A DNA stretch of 64,000 bases from Vampirovibrio chlorellavorus (lineage in GTDB: Bacteria > Cyanobacteriota > Vampirovibrionia > Vampirovibrionales > Vampirovibrionaceae): the NCBI GenBank assembly GCA_001858525.1, contig LAPX01000001.1, forward strand, positions 161,473-225,472, given 5' to 3'. The position numbers and the translations under genes are program-made. Under the pieces are notes generated by a model. That model searched no databases. It was not told the DNA's origin and saw only the letters and a program-made list of their open reading frames with translations. Shown here piece by piece: positions 58,229-64,000 of this stretch; within the stretch, counting starts at the first letter, position 1; every line of letters starts with the position of its first letter.

Positions 58229-60142
58229 GTGATTACCCCACAAATGTATGATCCCAAGTCTTTTTTTGACGCTATCTTCCAACAGAGTTGTGCAGGAGTG
58301 GGACTGGTTAATACAAGCGGCCATTTTGTCAGTGTCAATCCTCGATTTTGCCAAATTACCGGATATAGCGAATCTGAGCTATTAGAGCGAACCTTTGGCA
58401 GCATCACCCATCCAGAAGATTTGGCAATGGATTTGCAGCAGGCCGAACGACTCTACCAAGGCGAAATAGAAAACTATGAGCTTGAAAAACGGTATATTCG
58501 AAAATCGGGAGATATCATTTGGGTTTATATTTCCTGCTCACTGATAAAGCCACCCCAATACGCGGAGCATGACAGCCCCCCGGGGACTCCATTGGGTCTG
58601 GCTGTGGTGCAGGATATTTCTCTCAGAAAGCAAAAAGAAGCTGAATTAATTGAAAGCCAGACAAAACTGGAGACCAGTGAAGCCCATTTTCGCTTTGTAA
58701 CCGATAGTGTGCCGATTATGATATGGCTAACCGATGCCGACCTGAAAGCAACTTATCTTAATCAGGCCTGGCATCAATTTACAGGTCTCACCCAGGAACA
58801 AATCCTGAAGTCAGGCTGGTTGGAACAAATTCATCCGGAAGATCGCGAAAAAGTGCGCCTGGCATTCTGGGAAGCGGCTGAGCTCCGTCAGGAGATTTCA
58901 CTGGAGTATCGATTAAGCCGCAAAGATGGGGCATATCGCCACATGTCCGAAGTAGGCATCCCTTTGCGCACTGAAAATGGTGACTTTCAAGGCTATATTG
59001 GCTACGTCATTGATATCACGGAACGCAAGCAGGCAGAATTTGTGATTGCCCAAAATGAGGCCAATTGGAGAGCGCTGGTCAATTCCATCCCTCAACAGGC
59101 ATGGATGGCTGATGGTGAGGGGAAACGCTTTTGGTTCAACCAACCCTACCTCGATTATACCGGCGCAACGGTAGAAGAATTAAAAGACTGGGGATGGACA
59201 ACTTATATCCGAGAGGATCAGGCAAAAACGCTGGTTGAAAACATCAAGCTGGCCAGCCAAAGCAAAGCGCCGTTTGAAGCTACCATTGCCATAAGATCCA
59301 AAGATGGGCAATATCGTTGGTTTCTATCCAGAGCCCTGCCCATTCAGAACGCCCAGGGAGACATCATACGGTGGTTTGGCACCAATACGGATATCCATGA
59401 ATTGCGAGAGATACAAGAAGCCCTAGAGCGCAGTGAAAGGCAATTGGCCATCAGCAACCGGGATCTGGAGCAATTCGCCACCATCGCCTCCCATGATTTG
59501 CAAGCCCCACTGCGCAAAGCCAAAAGCTTTTGCAACATCATCCAGGATAAGGTAAAAGATCAGCTCGATCCAGAAACATTGGACATGATGGGCCGCATTC
59601 ATGTATCCCTGGAAAATATGCAAAGCCTGGTCTCGGATTTATTATCACTGTCTCTGGTGACCACAGAGAGCCAGGCCTTTGATTCGGTTGATCTTTCCAA
59701 GCTTTTAAGGCGAGTGACGACCACTTTATCGGATTTAATCGATGAGACCGGGGCCGTTATTCAAGTGCGGCAACTCTCCCGTATTTATGGCGATGGGGAG
59801 CAACTGACCCTGCTTCTGCAAAACCTGTTAGAAAATGCCATTAAATACCAGCCCCCCGGCCAAAAACCGCAAGTGGAAATTGAGGCGGTGAATCAAGAGA
59901 ACCGCTTGTGCCAAATTTCCGTGCGAGACAACGGCATTGGCTTCCCTCAAAGTCAGGCCGAACGAATTTTTCGACCCTTTGAGCGTCTCCACGGAAAATC
60001 CAGCCCCTATCATGGCAACGGTATTGGCCTGGCCATCTGTCACCGCATTGTAGAGCGACACAATGGTCATATCTGGGCTTCCAGCACCCCCGGGCAGGGT
60101 TCCCTGTTTATTGTGCAGCTTCCCCTGGATGCACCAAGCTAA
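58229..60142 (+). CDS. PAS/PAC-domain sensor histidine kinase (orphan)
   Basis: H-box IASHDLQAPLRK; HATPase N-box/G-boxes (SVRDNGIGF, GNGIGLAICHRIVERHNGHIWA); several PAS/PAC repeats; no adjacent response regulator. Confidence 0.85.
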   Translation: MITPQMYDPKSFFDAIFQQSCAGVGLVNTSGHFVSVNPRFCQITGYSESELLERTFGSITHPEDLAMDLQQAERLYQGEIENYELEKRYIRKSGDIIWVYISCSLIKPPQYAEHDSPPGTPLGLAVVQDISLRKQKEAELIESQTKLETSEAHFRFVTDSVPIMIWLTDADLKATYLNQAWHQFTGLTQEQILKSGWLEQIHPEDREKVRLAFWEAAELRQEISLEYRLSRKDGAYRHMSEVGIPLRTENGDFQGYIGYVIDITERKQAEFVIAQNEANWRALVNSIPQQAWMADGEGKRFWFNQPYLDYTGATVEELKDWGWTTYIREDQAKTLVENIKLASQSKAPFEATIAIRSKDGQYRWFLSRALPIQNAQGDIIRWFGTNTDIHELREIQEALERSERQLAISNRDLEQFATIASHDLQAPLRKAKSFCNIIQDKVKDQLDPETLDMMGRIHVSLENMQSLVSDLLSLSLVTTESQAFDSVDLSKLLRRVTTTLSDLIDETGAVIQVRQLSRIYGDGEQLTLLLQNLLENAIKYQPPGQKPQVEIEAVNQENRLCQISVRDNGIGFPQSQAERIFRPFERLHGKSSPYHGNGIGLAICHRIVERHNGHIWASSTPGQGSLFIVQLPLDAPS

Positions 60143-60380
60143 AAAATTTCAGAACTGAAAATCTAGCGTGTATCCTAACCCCATTGAAACGCTCTTGGTA
60201 CCAAGGGCTTCTCGTTCAATTGCAATAATGTTAAAATAAAGCCCTTCAAACGCTTCCGCCTAAAACAACGCCAGCGTCACTTTTCCAAGCGCCCCAGGCT
60301 GGATCACGCGTCCAGCTTTATCTCCCCACAACTGCGCATTGTGTAATCAGCCTTATTTCTGTTTTTAAAGGACCTCCGTT

Positions 60381-61541
60381 TTGCAATCGGCACCCTCAAG
60401 TACGGCTCCCAGAATTTACAGTATCGACATCGTGCGTGGTCTGGCCATCACTCTCATGACCGTGGATCACGCCCGTGAGTTTTTCTTTAAAGGCATTTCT
60501 CTCTCAGACCCCATGTGTGTGGGCTGCTTGCCCCCCGAGCTCTTTTTTACCCGCTGGCTGACCCATTTTTGCGCCCCAACCTTTGTATTTCTAGCCGGGG
60601 TATCCGCTTATTTATACAGTCAAAAACCGGGGCTCACCCAAAAAGAATTAAGTCGCTTCCTGCTCACACGAGGCCTTGTCCTTCTTTTGTTGGAAATCAC
60701 CCTGATTAACGTGGCCTGGACATTTATCATCCCCCCTACCACCCTTTACCTGCAAGTAATCTGGGCCATCGGCATGAGCATGCTCTCTCTGGCCGGGTTG
60801 ATATGGCTCCCGCGTCCCATCATGGTTTTGATCACCCTGTTGCTAATTGCCGCCCACCCATTGCTAAACAACATTCATTTTACGGAAGGTACTCCCCAGC
60901 ATTTGCTTTGGTCCATGCTGCACGAACGTAACCGGATTCCCATCACTGAGGCCTTTAAAATTCGGACTTCCTACCCTTTGCTGCCGTGGATTGGCATAAT
61001 GAGTGCCGGTTTTTTGACCGGTCCAGTGTTTAATCAAAACATCCTGCCTCAGCAACGAAAAACTGGGCTATTCTGGGCGGGCGTGGCCCTTTTATTGGGT
61101 TTTGCTTTGCTCCGGCTGGGCAACGTTTATGGGGAAGCCAGTCTTTTTACCCCCTTTGCGGGTCTGCCGTTGCAAACCGTAATGTCCTTTGTCAACCTGA
61201 CCAAATACCCGCCCTCATTTTTATTTACCCTGATGACTCTGGGCGTCAGTAGTCTGGCACTAAGTTGGTTTGAAGGCCCCTTGAACGCGACCAAAAAGAT
61301 TTTGATGCAATTTGGGCGGGTCTCTATGTTCTATTACCTGCTGCATTTATACCTGTTGCACACGGCCGCTTGTGTGGCCGCCCTGTTTTGGCCTCCCGCC
61401 ACCGGACAAAAATTTAGCGTTCCGCACATTGGCTGGGTATGGCTGATTGCCGCAGCTTGCCTGCTGGTTTCTTACCCTCTGATTCAGCAATATTCGGCAC
61501 TGAAGAGGCGGTATCCCAACAGTTGGTTGCGCTATATTTAA
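60381..61541 (+). CDS. multi-pass membrane protein, DUF1624/HGSNAT-like acyltransferase-fold family
   Basis: About 10 TM helices; conserved N-terminal SIDIVRGLAITLMTVDHA (typical of the family, catalytic-His region); TTG start. Confidence 0.55.
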   Translation: MQSAPSSTAPRIYSIDIVRGLAITLMTVDHAREFFFKGISLSDPMCVGCLPPELFFTRWLTHFCAPTFVFLAGVSAYLYSQKPGLTQKELSRFLLTRGLVLLLLEITLINVAWTFIIPPTTLYLQVIWAIGMSMLSLAGLIWLPRPIMVLITLLLIAAHPLLNNIHFTEGTPQHLLWSMLHERNRIPITEAFKIRTSYPLLPWIGIMSAGFLTGPVFNQNILPQQRKTGLFWAGVALLLGFALLRLGNVYGEASLFTPFAGLPLQTVMSFVNLTKYPPSFLFTLMTLGVSSLALSWFEGPLNATKKILMQFGRVSMFYYLLHLYLLHTAACVAALFWPPATGQKFSVPHIGWVWLIAAACLLVSYPLIQQYSALKRRYPNSWLRYI

Positions 61542-61617
61542 AGGACAAGCAAAAGCACAATGGGTCTAAGAACCCTCAACAATGTTAACCCCTAAACACC
61601 ACTCTCAATAATAAATA

Positions 61618-61689
61618 TGGGCGCTACTGGACTTGAACCAGTGACTTCCACCGTGTGAAGGTGGCACTCTACCGCTGAGTTAAGCGCCC
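61618..61689 (-). tRNA. tRNA-Val (anticodon CAC)
   Basis: Reverse complement folds as a cloverleaf: acceptor GGGCGCT/AGCGCCC, D-arm ACTC-AGCGGTAGA-GAGT, anticodon arm CCACC-TTCACAC-GGTGG, T-arm ACTGG-TTCAAGT-CCAGT, discriminator A; CCA not encoded. Confidence 0.8.
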
Positions 61690-61787
61690 AAGACTCAATC
61701 ATTTCTCTAAGCACAGTATAGGGAAAAGGGATTGGCACAACAAGTCCCCACCATTCAATTGTCCAAATAAAAATATATCAGATGCAT

Positions 61788-62198
61788 TCAAAGTGGTATC
61801 TCTTCCTCTAAACCCCGCGAAATAGGAGACTCCTCGGGGGGCGGAGACATTAAAGCGCAGTGGCCTAGCAGTGCGATGCGCCGCTCAGTGCGTTGCGTGG
61901 CACCTTTCAGCATTTCTTCCAGTGCTGCCGACAGTGGCATATTCTGGGCCGCTGCTATGGCCCGAGCCCTGATAATCAAGGTTTGAATCCCTTTTTCGGG
62001 CTTCTGGGCGCTGACCCTTTGAAACAGGCTATCCAGCTGATCCCAGTAATTTTTTTCCAACGGGGTGAGTGAGGCATAAAAGTTTTGGGCATCCATTGGG
62101 GGTGACCTCTTTAAAATTTGATTTTTAATTTTTTCATAAAGGCTTTCATTTTTCGGCTCTTTAACGAGGATAGCCACCTTTGCGTCTACACAGACCAA
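61788..62198 (-). CDS. hypothetical protein
   Basis: 136-aa ORF (start possibly at the internal Met MDAQNF); no motif. Confidence 0.3.
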   Translation of the reverse strand: MVCVDAKVAILVKEPKNESLYEKIKNQILKRSPPMDAQNFYASLTPLEKNYWDQLDSLFQRVSAQKPEKGIQTLIIRARAIAAAQNMPLSAALEEMLKGATQRTERRIALLGHCALMSPPPEESPISRGLEEEIPL

Positions 62199-62296
62199 AT
62201 TCCGGGAACTGACTTCAGCTAACTATTGCTATTGGCCTTCAGAAATGCGAAGTCTGGCCGATACGTGATTTGTAGTCAAATCCTGGGAGTTTAGAT

Positions 62297-62395
62297 ATGA
62301 CTTGTCAGCACTGTGGCGCTTATATCCCGGATGGGAACTATCGTTGTGAAGACTGTGGCGCCCCTATCCTTCAACCAGAGCCGGAAACTACTTGA
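62297..62395 (+). CDS. 32-aa zinc-ribbon small protein (CxxC-N10-CxxC), not in the ORF track
   Basis: GGGAG 10 nt upstream of ATG; MTCQHCGAYIPDGNYRCEDCGAPILQPEPETT*; followed by a strong terminator. Confidence 0.4.
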   Translation: MTCQHCGAYIPDGNYRCEDCGAPILQPEPETT

Positions 62396-62431
62396 GCCTC
62401 CCCTGAGAAAGCCGGGGAAACCTCTCAAAAA

Positions 62432-62471
62432 AGAACAGTGGCGCTCGTAAAGCATTACCACTGTTCTTTTC
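62432..62471. terminator. bidirectional rho-independent terminator
   Basis: Perfect 10-bp stem AGAACAGTGG/CCACTGTTCT flanked by AAAAAA and TTTT; downstream of both fbaA (-) and the zinc-ribbon ORF (+). Confidence 0.6.
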
Positions 62472-62493
62472 AAAGCCAGGCTAAACGGATTGC

Positions 62494-63576
62494 TTATTCC
62501 GCAATGGATTTGCCAGCGGATTTCAAATCCCGAAACGCTTCATCCAGGCGGGAAATAATCCCTTCTTCGCCAGTCCGCAGCCATTTGCGTGGATCGTAGG
62601 CCTTTTTGTAAGGGGTATTGGTCTCTGGATCAATCTGATACTGGAACGCTTTGGGGTTGGCCATCACGTACTTGCCCACTTCATGGGCAAAGGCGAACTG
62701 CAAGTCCGTATCAATGTTCATTTTGAACACGCCGTAGTGCAAGGTTTCCTCGATTTTGGCTTGTTCAGAGCCTGAACCACCGTGAAACACCAGATTCAGC
62801 GGGTTTGGTCCAGTCTTGTGCGTGGACTCCACCAAAGCCTGGGAGTTTTTCAAAATTTCTGGGCGCAACTTGACGTTACCAGGGGCGTAAACACCATGCA
62901 CATTCCCGAAAGAAGCGGCGATAGAGAAGAACCCGAGGGAAGATAGGCGTTCAAAGGCTTGCAGTACATCTTGCGGTTGGGTGTAGAGGTTAGGGTTGTC
63001 CAAATCATCATCCTCAGAACCAATGCCGTCCTCTTCGCCACCGGTAATGCCCAGCTCAATCTCGATGCTCATATCAATGGCCGCAGCTCTCTTGAGAATC
63101 CGGGCGGACTCAGACAGGTTCTCTTCCAGCGTTTCCTCGGATAAATCCAGCATGTGCGAGGTGAACAGGGGACGTCCGGTTTGTTTATAGTGGGCCTCGC
63201 CGTGGGTTAACAGGGCTTCCACCCAGGGAACCAGCTTTTTATTGGCATGATCGGTGTGCAATACCACGCAAACCCCATAATGCTGGGCCAGCAAATGGAC
63301 ATGCTGGGCTGCTGAAACCGCCCCTAATACTTTGGCCTGAAAAGCATCAGGAAAGCCTTTGCCTGCATAGAATTCGGCCCCACCGTTGGAGAGCTGGATA
63401 ATGACATCCGATTTATTTTTCCGGGCTGCTTCCAACACAGCGTTGATGCTGTTGGTTCCCACCACATTTACGGCAGGCAGAATATACTTTCCTGCCTTAC
63501 AGGATTCTACCAGGGTTTGATAATCCTTCCCGGAAACAACGCCCGGTTTTAGCTTGGCTTGAGTGGCAATGCTCAT
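62494..63576 (-). CDS. fbaA: fructose-bisphosphate aldolase, class II
   Basis: 360 aa; N-terminal ...AGKYILPAVNVVGTNSINAVLEAA... and His-rich metal-binding regions of class II FBA. Confidence 0.9.
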   Translation of the reverse strand: MSIATQAKLKPGVVSGKDYQTLVESCKAGKYILPAVNVVGTNSINAVLEAARKNKSDVIIQLSNGGAEFYAGKGFPDAFQAKVLGAVSAAQHVHLLAQHYGVCVVLHTDHANKKLVPWVEALLTHGEAHYKQTGRPLFTSHMLDLSEETLEENLSESARILKRAAAIDMSIEIELGITGGEEDGIGSEDDDLDNPNLYTQPQDVLQAFERLSSLGFFSIAASFGNVHGVYAPGNVKLRPEILKNSQALVESTHKTGPNPLNLVFHGGSGSEQAKIEETLHYGVFKMNIDTDLQFAFAHEVGKYVMANPKAFQYQIDPETNTPYKKAYDPRKWLRTGEEGIISRLDEAFRDLKSAGKSIAE

Positions 63577-63741
63577 GTCAAAATCCTTTGATCAACATTA
63601 TGACGGTCATTGGATTATTTTCTTACAAAAGCCACCATTGTCACCCCGCCAACTGTCGCAAAACCGGATTCAAACATGACACGACTCTGCCCCCGCCAGC
63701 AAAAACGCACCAATCCGAATCTCATGACGTCAAGACTGCTG

Positions 63742-64000
63742 CTAATTTTCCAGGCGAATCCGCATACCAGAGGTTTGATCGGTAATGGCCTCAGCCACAC
63801 GCTCCTTGGGTGTTTTTGCATTGAACCCGCCGGGTTGTGCCGGTGAGGACGGTTGAGGCGTTGTATCAGCCGCCTCTGTCGCTCTGGAGAAGTACTTCTG
63901 GAACTTTCCATGGATGACCGATAACAAATCCTGAGCCTCGTGCAGCCCGCCTTGCACGTACGTTCCGGTCAAGCGTTCCACAATGGCCAGCTGGATTTTT
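63742..64000 (-). CDS. 3' part of a hypothetical protein continuing beyond the window edge
   Basis: Open frame running off the window end on the minus strand; identity not determinable. Confidence 0.3.
   Translation of the reverse strand, partial: KIQLAIVERLTGTYVQGGLHEAQDLLSVIHGKFQKYFSRATEAADTTPQPSSPAQPGGFNAKTPKERVAEAITDQTSGMRIRLEN

Noticed and set aside
1-64000. CRISPR arrays, rRNA genes, transposases or IS elements, and Neisseria DNA uptake sequence (GCCGTCTGAA)
   Set aside because: Searched by eye on both strands and not found. The only interspersed repeats are the two dRS3-like MITE copies and the Flp-module direct repeat

Overview
High-GC (about 55-57%) bacterial chromosomal window, mostly ordinary housekeeping genes. 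These include aroK-aroB; recR with the ybaB nucleoid protein; tex; cdsA; lexA; rlmN; fbaA; a fad beta-oxidation operon; a split two-gene pyruvate/2-oxoacid:ferredoxin oxidoreductase; a PAS histidine kinase; and one tRNA-Val(CAC). Several accessory features stand out:
- (a) A tandem triplet of unusually large (about 300 aa) Flp/Tad-type (class III signal peptide, G|xxxxEY) pilin-like genes. Each ends in a C-terminal Cys-Cys loop. Copies 2 and 3 share a near-identical ~290-bp 5' module (promoter + leader + N-terminus) in front of divergent C-terminal cassettes. Copy 3 has a stop at codon 2.
- (b) A second cluster of three type IVa pilin-like paralogues with identical 27-aa mature N-termini. Two carry simple-sequence repeats in their leader-coding region ((CAGA)7 and a 26-nt poly-C tract); the poly-C gene is currently out of frame. 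This predicts slipped-strand phase variation.
- (c) Two copies of a small MITE-like element bounded by 26-bp inverted repeats containing the hairpin ATTCCCGCGCAGGCGGGAAT (Neisseria dRS3-like).
- (d) A translationally coupled lipid operon (cdsA, Rieske oxygenase, plsC, CDP-alcohol phosphatidyltransferase, class V aminotransferase, then SAM methyltransferase and SDR).
- (e) A natural FadE::FadD fusion (1383 aa) with an A9 tract exactly at the junction.
- (f) A ~650-bp AT-rich island followed by two coupled large coiled-coil, low-complexity proteins with no recognisable domains.
- (g) Several small ORFs below the 60-aa cutoff of the ORF track.
No CRISPR array, rRNA or obvious transposase was seen.
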